Below are positions 27,246 through 40,879 of a stretch of DNA of 64,000 nt, piece by piece (within the stretch, counting starts at the first letter, position 1; each line of letters opens with the position of its first letter). Position numbers and translations under genes: made by a program. The stretch spans positions 138,464,177 through 138,528,176 of the forward strand of contig NC_068983.1 in assembly GCF_001194135.2 (NCBI RefSeq), written 5' to 3'. Origin of the DNA: Octopus bimaculoides (Eukaryota). Under the pieces are notes generated by a model that saw nothing but the letters and a program-made list of their open reading frames with translations, had not been told where the DNA came from and did no database searches.

Positions 27246-27410
27246 CTTCTTCTTCTTCTTCTTCTTCTTCTTCTTCTTCTTCTTCTTCTTCTTCTTCTTC
27301 ATATTATATCAGTTAGCAAGGATGTTCTCTTGAGGCTTTGTGACAATTAGTCCTAAGAGTCTTTCTTAGGGTTCTTGCAGAATAGAGGATTGTTCTTTTC
27401 TTCAGGTCGA
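27200..27410 (-). mobile_element. R4/Dong-type 3' end with (AAG)n(AAC)n tail
   Basis: Minus strand reads LKKRTILYSARTLRKTL (cf. IQK..L..TARILRK.L), then a short UTR and the trinucleotide tract at 27200-27300. Confidence 0.6.
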
Positions 27411-27539
27411 TGATTAGGTTTAATATCTGATTTATGATGCGCAAAACACATAATTCATCTCAAGCAGTTCTATCCACGACAATCTTCAGCTGATGCGGTA
27501 CATCGTAAAAGCAGGCGGGTAACAATCTAGGCATAATTT

Positions 27540-29450
27540 GATCAAGTAAAAGCCTTCGGTAGGGTCAACCACAGGGGTAGGAATCACAATGTCCACTTTC
27601 AGATCCGTATTCCGCAGCTGCATTACTGCAATGTACGGGGATATCTCTTCGGTAATTAGAGTGAATAGTTATCTAGCCAGACAATTGAGTACCCTGAGCT
27701 CGATTTGTCAAGTTTGTCTCCTCTCGTCGCTTGTGTATGTACTGATTCTGGAGCCACTGTCGCGAAGACTGGAGACGTCAAAGGGATTCTAGCAAGAAGT
27801 TGGACGTGTGTGAACTGTCGGCATACAGGGACAACATCGCCACTCCAGCTTAGGACATCATACACATAGGCCAGATCACCACTGATCTAAAGGAATACTA
27901 GGTGGTGAAAAGCAAATCAAGCAAGAAAAACTTAGTGGACCTGCAACACGGCAGTAGAAAAGACACGTCCATGGCATCCCATAGCGTTGTGAGACGCTAG
28001 ACAGACGGACCGGTTAGGTTCTGAAGGATCTGTTTTGGGTCAGATCTCCAAGTAGAGAAGAACTGGGACGAGGTGACGTGCAGGGTAGCCTATCTCACAC
28101 ACAAATGGGCTGAGAGAAAGCTTTCCTTGAAAGGTAGGGTACACGTGATGAATACATATATATTACCCCCTGACTAGCGTGTCTGACCAAACTAGAGGGC
28201 GTATTCTTTGACTTCCGGTCGAAACGACCCAGTTCCATTGGTCAGTACTTCATTTGTTGTCAACACCCACCGAGTAAAAAACAAGACATGCCGTAGCTGA
28301 TGTTACACAGAAATGCACTGAGGAAGTGTTTTCTTGATCGACAGCAGAGCAGGTGTGGTTACCGTTCGTCATCCTCGCTTTTTCGCAACTCAACTCTTTG
28401 ACTGAGTTGCCGTCATGGATCAAGCATAAATCGAGATACGGTGCGTGACACCTATGCAGGTGAACACAGTGCAGACAGGTGCTTACAGCCCTTTGTCAAT
28501 TGCGCAATCTTGTCAATGTCGAAATTGGGATGGAGGGGTATTGCCAGTTCGAGATAAACTGGGCAACTGTAGAAGTACCGTTAGTCGGGTCTATTCTAGA
28601 TGCACAGAGAGCGGGGAAGCAGTTCTGTATGAAGTTGTCCAGTTCCCGACCATTGCTGACTTATGAGTTAATGTGGAATACCTACTGTCGCGTATGGTAC
28701 AGATCCAGCTATTTACTGTGTCCATTGCAAATATCACATCGCCGTCTTCCTTTGTTCAGGAAGGACAATGTGTGTTTTAGTAAGCGTAAGTAGTTGTGTG
28801 GTGGTCTAGATTGAAAGGGCTGAAGACAGACAACTTCCTCATTGGTCATGCCCTCAATTTCCACTTGAAAAGGGAACTGAGACTGGAGAGCGGTATGCTA
28901 CTTTTCAGCAAATTTGTTGAAATTTGGGTGAATAAAGCAAGGTCGGCCTAAGTGAACGGATCAAGTGTAAACACAGACTGGGTGTAGACGGGGTAGTCAA
29001 GTGCTTACAGCTCTCTTCCCATTGGGCAATGTGGTCGATAGAAGGTCGACATTGGTGTTCTGTATAGGTTTAGTGGCGGAGAAGAGCGATGTCATTCTCG
29101 TGAAGAGTTTGGGCGTATATGAGAATCAACTCACTCGACTCGTCTAAGGATTTCGGGCCAGAGCCCACAGATAATTTTCACAAATTTCTGAGCTGCTAGT
29201 GCGCCTATACAATGAAGTAAATGGGCACTTTACCTAGTGGCGAGGAGGACTGTGTATTTATGTGGTTTCCACGAGCAGTCCTTAGAGGTATCCCCTCTTT
29301 GGGGGAATTAGCATTTTTGCTTCTTTTGTGTTGTTTTTTTATTCTTTACACACATTGATATAACCGCACATGATATTGCATAATATAGTGTATTGTAACT
29401 TCCTGTACAGTCCTCAAACTGCCTGCTAATAAAGAATTTATTTTTATTAT
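27540..29450 (+). mobile_element. Second Tx1/L1-type LINE, 5'-truncated
   Basis: DQVKAFGRVNH (cf. DQ.KAFDRVDH); SVIRVNSYL; LVYVLILEPLSRRLE; AERKLSLKGR, paralleling the 24-26 kb copy; AATAAA at 29428. Confidence 0.85.
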
Positions 29451-29699
29451 TATTTCTCTCCTTCACCAGTTTCTGTAGATTACACTTTTCTGGTGAAGAC
29501 CAACAAACATTTCCTTAGCTGCCCCTATGAAAATTTCTCTTAAGAATTGAAATTAATTTTAAAAATAAATTATCAATTTCTAGCTTGTTATGCTGAAACT
29601 GAAGTTCCGAGTCGGGATAACCAGTGTATTTATACTTAAAAATCTTGTTTTCTGCATTGAATGTGGCCTTTGAAATTTTTGCTTTTAGTTATGTGTCTC

Positions 29700-31000
29700 G
29701 TATCTTGTCATATTCATCTACATCTAAGACATGGGCTTAGCAAGTTTGCCTACACAGAAAGTTGGTTTCATTCGATACTCATTCGCTACATATATGAGCA
29801 CGTTGTATACAGTTTTTCCTCTGCGTATTATCCTTTGTGAATATTTTGAAGTTATCCATAATGCGGTTATGGTTAACATTTTGCATGTAGTACCCATAAC
29901 TCCTGGTGTTTCTAGTCAGATTATTTCTGAATGACATTAGATTTAGACAGAAAAATGCAGTGGATATAGGGTTAGTTATAATTACGCTATCTTTAAAAGA
30001 GTATTATAATTTACGTGAAGCGTCGTAGTATGTATAACTAAATTAAATGCTTACAAAAACATTTGAACAATACCAGTGAAGAGTTAAACAAAATATTTCA
30101 CATGGTGTCAATGGGGACAAAAAGAGGAAAAAGATTGTATAAACCTTACATAAGTTGTTTTGCTTAATGTTCCTATAATATTTCGGAAAACAATCCCTTT
30201 TCAAATAGAAGAAAGAAAATAATCAGTGTTCAGAGAAATGTGTTGTTTTCGAGAGACCATTCTAGTGTATTCTCTTTGCCTTGTAGTAAACGGTTGTTTT
30301 TCACATTTACATGGTATGTTTGATGTATTTATTAGTACTAAAGTTATTTTATGTGGAGTCTTTCTAATATACATTGCTTGTTAAATCTTTCAGTATTGAT
30401 TCAAATAACGTGTTCGACAATAAACAACAATGTTTATCGCAACGACTTAATTTAGATACTTTTACTGATACGTTTCTATTTTCCTCCGAGCGCGGTCATT
30501 ATATTTTTTTAGTTAGCTTTTCTTCAATTTTTTTCTCTTTCTGTCTGTTAGGGTCCTCTTTTTTTCATTTCACTAACTAAAGATAGTTTTCTTCCGTTTT
30601 GTTTCAGTTCTAAGAAGTATATTTTCTAACAATATTATTTTGATTTTATTCTTTCATGAAATTTCTTGTTCCAGTATAGCTTTGGTAAATGTTTACGTTA
30701 AACCATGTTCATCGATTGTGTTGTCTTCTATCCCCTTGAGCAATCCTGTTAGATCTTTTTCTATGCGGCCAATACTGTTTGCTGTAAAATGTCGAGTCAA
30801 GTGTATATTTTATCTGTCATTATGCATTTGTTTGACTATTTCACACCAGATTGTATGGTTTTTATAGTAATTTTGTATTTCAATTATTTTTCATCTGTAG
30901 CTCTTTTTGGGATTTATAACTTGTTTGAATTTTGTGCACTAGATTCTGTAGCGTTTTACTATTTATAGAGCTAACGTGTTGTAGTTTTGATCATCTCTAT
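29700..31000 (-). mobile_element. Decayed Penelope-like element pieces
   Basis: Minus strand PKLYWNKKFHE (~30670, cf. PKLYGLPKIHK), ILERLHIK (~30355) and NFKIF...RMKPTF (~29760-29850) resemble the PLE RT start and GIY-YIG end. Confidence 0.45.
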
Positions 31001-31799
31001 TATTTTCCTTGTTTTTTTTTCTTTTGTTGAGGTTTTCTGTGATGCTTTCTGTGCGGTGTGTATAATGTGATTCATTCATCAGTTTGCAGTAAATCAAACA
31101 TTTTTTGTGTAGCCGTTTTTGTTATATTTTCCCTCTTGACTTGCTGATACACTTTTAGCAGGAAATATGTGAGGATGAGGGTCAAAATCACAGATATTGG
31201 CAATGGCGGTCAGTTTTGACTTTTCTTTTATCGTTGTACAGTATGGAATGTTAGAAACTGCTGAGATCAAGATGAATCACGTGTAATCGTGTAGGGCTTT
31301 ATTAAACATAAGTCCACCGAATCCTACAAAACCATTTTAGAAATGTTATTGTTGCTATTTATCAGGCGTTTCTCTTTCTCCTACGCATTATAACTGCTGT
31401 GGCAGTTGTAGACGTGAATATATTAAATGCAAGTCTGGTAGTTTAGCGCAGGAATCCAAAACAGAAAGAAAAATAGCAGATGCTGCAGCAATAACTAAAA
31501 AGCTCAGATACTATGATTTTCAGAACAATAACTGTAGAAACTCCGAAATTGTGAAACGCGATCATTCCTCTCCCAGTACCGGGAGCCTAACCAAAAGCCC
31601 CAAACATTTCTTCTCCGTCGATGGTCAGCGGTTTCAGTCAAGGACTTAGTGAAGAAAGAGAGTGGTAAGTAGTGGCAACACCAATCTCAGATCCACGAAC
31701 GGCCGGAGAATCCATCACGTCCTCGGTCCTAGAATACGGGGAGTAGATACCATCTTCTCGTACAATGAACAGTGTCAACTCATCCTCTTACAATATTCG

Positions 31800-32260
31800 G
31801 GAATAATAGAAGTTGGGGATGACAATAAAATTATCAGAAAATAAAGGACAAAGTGGACCTAGCGAAAGTGAAGTTGGCATCAATTTAAATACACATAAGA
31901 GAATAGCGGCAACAAAAGTTCAAACTCATAGTCGTTCGGTGTACAAATCGGTGCCTCTTGGGGGAGAAGATGAATGAAAGAAAGAGTGATATATTAGCTG
32001 GCGAGAAGAAAATAGGGCAAGATTACAATAAATTCTTTAAAAAGACATTACCAGAAATTTGTCACATATTAAGCACGAATATCCACAAGACGCTGATTGT
32101 GTCAGAGGGGTTAGATTTTTCACGTTCCAGCATTACTACCCATCCAAAAACGAGGGTAACGACGAAATTGAATTTGAGTGGCAGACAATTTCAGGCAAAA
32201 CGATGAAAAATAAGAAAATAAAATGCAATCTTAGAAAAAAGCCCTTTCAAGTGATTATAG
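31800..32260 (+). mobile_element. Possible RTE-type LINE 3' remnant
   Basis: VYKSVPLGGE (cf. SVLLYGCETW) and KKTLPEICHI (cf. KCLRRICRI). Very decayed. Confidence 0.3.
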
Positions 32261-33601
32261 GAATGTTCGAACTCAGGATCTAATACAATTTCATATTTGC
32301 CACAAGTAAGGTCAACGAAGTTATTTTCTGTTTAATATTCGTCTTTCTCAGGAGACAATAAAGTTTTGTACTACTAGTCAATAAAGATTTGATCTATCCC
32401 AACACGGTAAGGAAACCACTTCGGCTGCTGACACGTTTCAAAGAATCATTCAAGTGACCTTTCCAGAGCATAAGCCTTGCCTAGATATATATGACGCTTT
32501 TGGATTGTCCTGAGATCAGAATATCTTCTCTGGTGTGATGGAAAGGGGTTGAAAAACAGTATGTGCCTTCTACTTTCATTTCGTTACAAGAGTTTCTAGA
32601 CGAATTCGCAGGAGAACACAAAATCGAATTAAGGCTTTTACTCTGGAATTAGTATGAGGTTTACTCCCTAGTTGTTCGTCCCAGGGCACAGAAGTTATTC
32701 ACTATAGCTGTAGTTTCATGATACTCGGGAGAAGCCTAAACTCGGTCCTTCTAACTTGAGCCAACTAAATCTGAGGTTCATGCCTTGGATGGACGTAAGC
32801 TTTGAAGTAATGGCTGATGTCACTACTCATGTCATGACAAAGGATTGTTCGAATTGTCGAGTGAGCTAGAACATATTCATCTGAGCAATATATTAATGGA
32901 CCGGAGCTAAGGCATGAAAACTAGAAACACTTGGAAGATAAAATTTTGGACAAAAATACGACAGAGTTGCATAAACGCGTGAAACACTTATGATCGGTAG
33001 ATGAATTTTCTGATTGGCTGAATCCATCTAATGAATGTTCATATAGACATTGTAGATGTTTCCCATTCTAGTATAATGAGTGTTTGACTGGTAGAGACAT
33101 TGGAGCTTTTTTAACATATTTAAAAAAAACTTTCTGTGTTTATATATGTTTATATTAATCCTGTGATTTTTATCGCGTTTTCACTCGTCCTTTGTATGTC
33201 CATATGGCTTCTCCTGTACACCCTACACGTTTTATAGTGCTTTATAATATGTATGAATTCTTGTGGAGAATAAGAAAAAAAAAGGGTTATTATTAACAAT
33301 AATAGAAGCAGTATTCATAGGAGTATTGCATGGAAGTAGTTAGTGAGATAATCTTATAAACTTGTATCTATGTGGGTGTGCATTGAAATTGCGCGGCTTT
33401 CGATATTGCATTTAGACTTTCTGTTGATGACAAGAAAGTAATATACTGCGCTAAATATAGCAGAATATATTTTACTTTGATATTTTGTGGACTTTGTCAG
33501 AATAAGTCAATTTCAGAAATAGTATTACTAAAGAAAAACCATCCTGCTCCCCCGCCTCCTTCACCTCATCCCCACCCTTTTCCACCTTCTCTCTTGTTCT
33601 G

Positions 33602-34735
33602 TTCTTCTTCTTCTTCTTCTTCTTCTTCTTCTTCTTCTTCTTCTTCTTCTTCTTCTTCTTCTTCTTCTTCTTCTTCTTCTTNNNNNNNNNNNNNNNNNNN
33701 NNNNNNNNNNNNNNNNNNNNNNNNNNNNNNNNNNNNNNNNNNNNNNNNNNNNNNNNNNNNNNNNNNNNNNNNNNNNNNNNNNNNNNNNNNNNNNNNNNNN
33801 NNNNNNNNNNNNNNNNNNNNNNNNNNNNNNNNNNNNNNNNNNNNNNNNNNNNNNNNNNNNNNNNNNNNNNNNNNNNNNNNNNNNNNNNNNNNNNNNNNNN
33901 NNNNNNNNNNNNNNNNNNNNNNNNNNNNNNNNNNNNNNNNNNNNNNNNNNNNNNNNNNNNNNNNNNNNNNNNNNNNNNNNNNNNNNNNNNNNNNNNNNNN
34001 NNNNNNNNNNNNNNNNNNNNNNNNNNNNNNNNNNNNNNNNNNNNNNNNNNNNNNNNNNNNNNNNNNNNNNNNNNNNNNNNNNNNNNNNNNNNNNNNNNNN
34101 NNNNNNNNNNNNNNNNNNNNNNNNNNNNNNNNNNNNNNNNNNNNNNNNNNNNNNNNNNNNNNNNNNNNNNNNNNNNNNNNNNNNNNNNNNNNNNNNNNNN
34201 NNNNNNNNNNNNNNNNNNNNNNNNNNNNNNNNNNNNNNNNNNNNNNNNNNNNNNNNNNNNNNNNNNNNNNNNNNNNNNNNNNNNNNNNNNNNNNNNNNNN
34301 NNNNNNNNNNNNNNNNNNNNNNNNNNNNNNNNNNNNNNNNNNNNNNNNNNNNNNNNNNNNNNNNNNNNNNNNNNNNNCCTTCTCCACTTCTTCTTCTTCT
34401 TCTTCGTCTTCTTCTTCGTCTTCTTCTTCGTCTTCTTCTTCTTCTTCTTCTTCTTCTTCTTCTTCTTCTTCTTCTTCTTCGTCTTCTTCTTCTTCTTCTT
34501 CTTCTTCTTCTTCTTGTTCTTGTTCTTGTTCTTGTTCTTCTTCTTCTTCTTCTTCTTCTTCTTCTTCTTCTTCTTCTTCTTCTTCTTCTTCTTCTTCGAA
34601 TTAGTATTACTATTATTAACAGTAATAGTGGTGTTGGTGATCGTAGTTGTATTTTCTTTAGAGAATTTTCTGTAGTTAAGCGTACGTAGTCAATGTATTT
34701 TTCGAAATCGATAAAGCTATGGTAGTAGCAGCAGC

Positions 34736-34791
<56 letters not shown>

Positions 34792-34800
34792 TACCAGCAG
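33602..34800. repeat. Long (TTC)n tract spanning an assembly gap, followed by (TAG)n/(CAG)n
   Basis: Directly visible; N-run at 33682-34377. Confidence 0.97.
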
Positions 34801-36215
34801 CAGCAGCAGTAGCAGCTGCAGCAACAGTGGTAAAGTCGTCTGAATTTTCGCTATTCAATGCATTTCCCCTGTTTAAATTCATCTTCCCATTAATTCAACG
34901 ACACGAGCAGGAAACTGTTAAACATGGCGCTACACAAAAGAAATGTTTAGCCGAGTCAGAAATAGGAAAAACATTTCTTTAGAACCAAAGTGTAAAGGCT
35001 GTGTCTCCACATTACTGGGCATCTATTATCATTTGTAGAAAATCTTCCTTGTGTTTCTTTTTTTTTTGTGTGTGTGTTATTCACAAACGGACATCTAAAC
35101 TGTGCACACGTCCATACTACTATGCGAACAAATATCACCCTTACATACATATTCACTCAACTTCAAATAAGGAGGCTACGTATATACTGCTACCAAAGAA
35201 GAAAAAAAAATCGTACACCTCTTGTATATAGCGAATGTTCCCCATACATACATACATACATAATACATACATACATACACACACACACGTATACGCACAC
35301 ATACATTCTTACAAATGCCCTCTTGTAGACAGATAAAGCTATATACATGCTTAAAGGACTATTCATAGACATAACCGTAAACGGTTACATAGAAATGCTA
35401 GTTTTCTATGGAAACTTTGTACAAATACCGAAGCTTATATGAACGCACAGACAAACCTACAGTTTAACAAGCGTTTTCAAAACGGTAAACGCAGTGATAC
35501 ACATATAAACTTGTATACATAATATGCATACTTCTCATACAAGCGAAACTATAAATCAACAGATTACATGTATGTATGTATGTATGTATGTAAGTAAGTA
35601 AGTAAGTATGTATCTATGTATGTACTTATGTATATGTATGCATGTATATGTGCGTGTATCTATTTATATGTATATGCTCATGTATGTATATATAAAGGGT
35701 GTCTGGACAAGGATCTGAATTATGCCGGTAATAAGTGATATATGTATATATATATATGTAATATTAATAATATGAAAATACATCCGTAAGTAAAGAAACA
35801 ACATCAAATGGAAGAAACCAAATAAGTTTCAAATACACAATAAAGTCTATTAGTAACAAACACATTGCCAATGAAATAATGAAAACACATACAAAGTCGC
35901 AACTCCTCATTTGTTTGCTTAACAGTGTGCAACTAGGACATACAAAATTTTCAGCTTATGTTTATGCAGGTGAAAGTTCGTAATTTACTAATGTGTTTTG
36001 TTTACTTTCCTTGAAATCATTTACCTATTCTATCTTTAAATAAAAAATAATATTAAACTATTTCTAATGCCAAAGTAGAGCGTCTGCTAAATAACAATGC
36101 ATAAATTCAATCATAATTCTATCCACCGGAGAACATCTCACACAACAGAAATCCAGCATATTTTGGAGACTTAATGCATTGCGCAAAATACATTAGGCTT
36201 TTAAATAGAAATGTA

Positions 36216-36457
36216 TAATAATAATAATAATAATAATAATAATCCTTTCTACTATAGGCACAAGGCTTGAAATTTTGGGGAAGGGGATTAGTTGATTACA
36301 TCGACTCCAGTGTTTCACTGGCACTTAATTTATCGACCTCGAAAGGATGACAGGCAAAGTCGATTTCGGCCTAATTTGAACTCAGAACATTAAGGCAGAC
36401 GAAATACCGCTTAGCATTTCGTCCGGCGTACTAACGATTCTGTCAGCCCGCCGCCTC
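36216..36457 (-). mobile_element. Full-length tRNA-derived SINE with (ATT)n tail
   Basis: Reverse complement gaggcggcgggctgacagaatcgttagtacgccggacgaaatgctaagcgg...gttctgagttcaaatt...tcgataaattaagtgccag...ccttgtgcctatagtagaaagg(att)n. The B-box-like motif is gagttcaaat. Confidence 0.92.
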
Positions 36458-36461
36458 ATAT

Positions 36462-36586
36462 GGTTTCAAATTCTGCAACAAGGGCGGCAGCTTTCGGGGC
36501 GGAATTTGAACTCAGACGTAGCGACGGGCGAAATACCGCAAAGCATTTCGTCCAGTGTGCTAACGTTTCTGCCAGCACGCAGCCTT
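36462..36586 (-). mobile_element. Internally deleted SINE of the same family
   Basis: Head aaggctgcgtgctggcagaaacgttagcacactggacgaaatgc joined to tail ccttgttgcagaatttgaaacc. Confidence 0.85.
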
Positions 36587-36629
36587 TGTAACAAGAACAA
36601 GAACAAGAACAACAACAACAACAACAGCG

Positions 36630-36686
<57 letters not shown>

Positions 36687-36688
36687 CC

Positions 36689-36744
<56 letters not shown>

Positions 36745-36748
<4 letters not shown>

Positions 36749-37305
36749 ATGGAATAACAACAGAAAAACATGGTATAAACACACGCCAGAAAAGGTCACA
36801 GAAAACGAGAAAGCAACCATACTCTGGGATATGCCAATACACACAGATAGAGAAATTAAGGCAAATAGACCAGATATAGTTGTCAAAGNNNNNNNNNNNN
36901 NNNNNNNNNNNNNNNNNNNNNNNNNNNNNNNNNNNNNNNNNNNNNNNNNNNNNNNTCCCTAAAAGAAATGGAAAAACTTTCAAAATACAAAGACCTGGAA
37001 ATAGAGGTAAGTCGAATGTGGAACCTAAAAACAGAAACAATTCCTATCATAGTAGGTGCCTTAGGTATAATAAGAAAATATTCAGACAAATACATAACAA
37101 AAACACCAGGACTTACAAATATATATAACATACAGAAAATTGCACTACTGGGCACTGCACACATTCTACGCAAAACACTTTCAATACAGTAACCATAAGA
37201 GCATCACAGCAAACCACAGCACATACCCAAGGCACACAGAGCTGCGCTCGGTAGTGAAGAGAAAGCACGTTATAAAAATAAAACTACTGAACAATAATAA
37301 TAATG
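36745..37305 (+). mobile_element. Little-decayed 5'-truncated R4/Dong-type 3' end (restriction-like endonuclease)
   Basis: WYKHTPEKVTENEKATILWDMPIHTDREIKANRPDIVVK, gap, KEMEKLSKYKDLEIEVSRMWNLKTETIPIIVGALG...IQKIALLGTAHILRKTLSIQ*. No internal stops seen in either sequenced part; flanked on both sides by (AAT)n. Confidence 0.95.
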
Positions 37306-37309
37306 ATAT

Positions 37310-37708
37310 TTTGCTGAATACCACAAATTTGCTAGTCAGTTGTTTGACCTTAACCGCTTGAGCATGTCCCTTGGTGGCTGACAATATGTGCATCTCTGAT
37401 CGCGAGTAGTGGGGCAGCATCATAGCCATGTGTTGAGAGAAATTCTGTAGAATTTGAGTAATTCACCGCTGGAAACATGGGTGTTTCGTTCAACATCCTT
37501 AAACAACCCTTTTTTAGGGACTATTCAACCTAAAAAAATTCTAACTGGGCCCCACCTGCAAAGTACTGTGCAAATCACTATGTGATGCACATTTGGTTTT
37601 GATGCGTGTACCTGGTGTACCCTTATCAGACGGATAGTCATGATGGTTATATTGGCATTCGTATTTTGCCCCAGTGTCATTTTGATGGTGTGCATTGCTC
37701 TCTCACTC

Positions 37709-37740
<32 letters not shown>
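37310..37740 (+). mobile_element. Unclassified interspersed-repeat 3' end with (AAT)n tail
   Basis: Complex sequence ends gcattgctctctcactc(aat)n. It resembles a high-copy octopus repeat from recall only; no coding motif recognised. Confidence 0.4.
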
Positions 37741-38406
37741 TATTTCTCGCTTTCAATACGAAAAATACTAGGAAAGTGACATCCATTTCTAAGGTACACA
37801 ATTCATACACCGAGAAGAGCTCACTAATAAAATCTTCGCCATTTCTATAAATATTGTGCCTTACATACTATGATGGCCTTATATGACGGCCACATACCTG
37901 AAACATAAACAAACTATATCCCGGCTCCTGAAATTGCTTCAAAGTCTCGTTAGAAACTGCTTCACGGCAGAACATTTGTCGAAAAAGCAGACTTTTGCAT
38001 ATTCGCATATAATGTACGAAATATCATACACACAAGAAGTTTCTGATAAAAATATAAGACATTGAGATCCACGACTAACATTCACCTACCTGTTGACAGT
38101 GCATCTTTTTGCTATTTTATTTTAGTCAAGAATCAAAAGTTGTTGTCCAAGCATGCTATAATCACCAGTTATCAACTTTGTTATTGTTTCAGCAATCCGT
38201 TAGTTGAGTTTGTTACAATTATACGTTGCACATTACGTGTGATAAGTTTCGAGAATTAGCATTCTGGTATTTATGATAAAATCTGTGTAAGACTTTTCCC
38301 TTGAAAGTACTATATTTTGTCATATCTATTTTTGTGTTATGTGTTGTTGTGCATCTTATGATCACCTCTGTGTAGTACTATAGCAGAGTCGACTGAATGT
38401 CTAGGC

Positions 38407-38449
<43 letters not shown>

Positions 38450-38479
38450 TGTTTTTGTTGCCAGCATACCTCCGACTAA

Positions 38480-39500
38480 TACGGCCAGAGCTTAACAGTT
38501 GCAGTTCTACACTTGCTATTAGTTACATTTGCAGTTAGTTCATCGATTCTTGTTATTGATGGTGTACAATGTCAGCAGAGTACTTGCAGCTAATGATGCT
38601 ATTGATGCAGTTAATTATGTGTTTGGGCATCTGTGCGTTTTAGTTTTGTCTGGAGAAATACTGTTTGGGTATAAAGTAGCACTAATGATCTGATTGTTTG
38701 GAAGTAGTATCATTTAAAGTAGTATCATTGAGTGTCGAAACTTCGTTGTATGGACGGACAGTCACCTCGCACGCCTTTGCTTTCTTGTATATGACATCAA
38801 TGAATATACTCTGTATGCGCTCTGTTCTGTGTCATGTCTGATTGCGGTCCAAGCCATGATCACCTGGACATTCTATAGGATACTTCGTGTCTAGATCAAT
38901 GTTATTCAGTGTCTCTGTTCATTTTGGAGACTGTAAATTGTACTTGAGGGATAATTTTCTGCTATTTTGATTGGAACGAATAAATATGTTAAAACCCAGC
39001 CATTTGTTTGCGTTTTATGCTTTTTGATAAAAAATTTTGCAATAGAAAATATGTTAAGATTCTTGTTCATCTGATAATTTGTCAGGGACTTGGTAGCAAG
39101 GTGTGGCATTATGATGAAGGAGGTTTAATGATGGCACTTTTGCAACATATTACTAGTGCTGTGTTATTATTGGTTGTAATGTAGTTTTCTGTTTTTTTTA
39201 ATCTTTATAGCATGCTTCAACTCCAACTAGGGTGAATTGAGTCAATGCAATACTTTGTTAGGTGTTCCTAGATATGATTGCTGTCGTACTTGTGGTCATT
39301 TTGATTATGTTGTTATATAGCTTGGTCTACGAAAATTTATGCCCGTTATTGATTACTGATTGTTTTACTATGTTTTATTTTTTCCTTTTGTAGTATTGTG
39401 TTTTTGAAAAATGATACTAATGTTGCATTCATTTAGATTCGCTGTCTCCATGAATACATAGACATTTGTACGGTCTTCCGCTGAAAGAGATGTAATGGGA
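38480..39500 (-). mobile_element. Possible ancient LINE RT remnant
   Basis: Minus strand KSAIIKP, KGVRGDCPS (cf. GVRQG..LSP) and ISPDKTK in collinear order, with many stops. Confidence 0.3.
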
Positions 39501-39807
39501 AGGTTGAGTCATATGTACTACATTGGCATCTGAAACCGAGTTATATCACACCGATTTTGCTCTAAATATTCAAAATGATGATAGGATTATATAAGTGTAG
39601 TACCTGTATCGTTTCTCACAGTTACAGTGTTTGTGGACGGGTTCTAATATTCCTAGTAAAACCTCATTTGTTTGCCTACGTATTACACTAAAGTCTTTTG
39701 CGTAATCCTTATCTTTGACTTTTTCCTGAATTTTAATGACCAATGATTTTGCATCCACAAAGCGCTTAGTTTTATAGACGATTCGTCACACCTCAGTAGT
39801 CGCGGGC

Positions 39808-40234
39808 ATATAAACCCTCTTCAACCTGGAGGTAGAAAACCGTTACGGTCAGTTAATTTATAAACAAAAGAATATTATATACTGTCTGAGCCTTAAACAG
39901 GACGGATTATCGCCCTTAAACCAGTCCTGTACGTAAATATTATGGACCTAAGGACAAACATGGAATCACTACCCTTAGGTTGGTCCCGGTCAGCAAATAA
40001 ATACTTTGGGATGTCCCGTTCGTCGATTAGGGCTATGAAAAAGTACTTGCAGACCGGAACCAACCTAAGAGCTGTGACCATACGTTCACCCTTAGGTGCA
40101 TAAGATTTGGTGACCGGACCGGTCTAAGGGTGATAACCCATCCCGCTTAAGGCCAAGACAGTGTATATTATTCTTTTGTTTGCAAATTAACTGGCCATAA
40201 CAGTTTTATACCTCCTGGTGAAAGAGAGGTCATA
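39808..40234. mobile_element. MITE / fold-back element with ~90-bp terminal inverted repeats
   Basis: 39820-39896 ttcaacctggaggtagaaaaccgttacggtcagttaatttataaacaaaagaatattatatactgtctgagccttaa versus reverse complement of 40147-40222 ttcaccaggaggtataaaactgttatggccagttaatttgcaaacaaaagaataatatacactgtcttggccttaa. Confidence 0.85.
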
Positions 40235-40358
40235 TGCCAGCGGTCAATGTAGTCTAAATGAGTCGTCTATTAAGCTAGGCGCTTTATGGATGCGAAACTA
40301 CTGTTCACTTGGTAACCGGACATATATTTAACTTCATTTTAAATATACATACATACCT

Positions 40359-40474
<116 letters not shown>

Positions 40475-40489
40475 TAATTATAATAATAA

Positions 40490-40815
40490 TAATTATTATT
40501 ATTATTCCTTCCTAACACAGTGTAGGTAAAATGCCCCGGAGTCTTCTTTAGTCATCTGTCAAGTTACAACAAGGACCTCAAACTGATAATACTTTCCTTA
40601 AGATTTGCGCTGTGCCCAATAAGGCTGCTTTTTGCAAGACATCAATCTTGCATGGGATTTCCAGTTGCCTTAAGACGTTTTGAAGTTTCAATGGGATTGG
40701 GCCCAGCACTCCAGTCACCACTGGTATCACTTTTACATTAATATCTCGCATTCCATACAGTCTTGCCGTTTCCACTTTCAGTTCGGAGTACTTGGTGAAG
40801 TTTCAACCTCGTTAC
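40490..40815 (-). mobile_element. R4/Dong-type 3' end
   Basis: VIPVVTGVLG...LQKAALLGTAQILRKVLSV*, then a UTR and an (AAT)n tail at about 40490-40505. Confidence 0.9.
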
Positions 40816-40879
40816 TCACAATATTCATTGAATTGCTTCCTTTCAAGGCCTAGGCCAGCACTCTTATTGATCGCTAGTA

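Noticed and set aside
34920-34935. aacatggcgc, YY1-like promoter motif (also near 63530)
   Set aside because: A short motif alone, with no CpG-rich promoter context or downstream exon.
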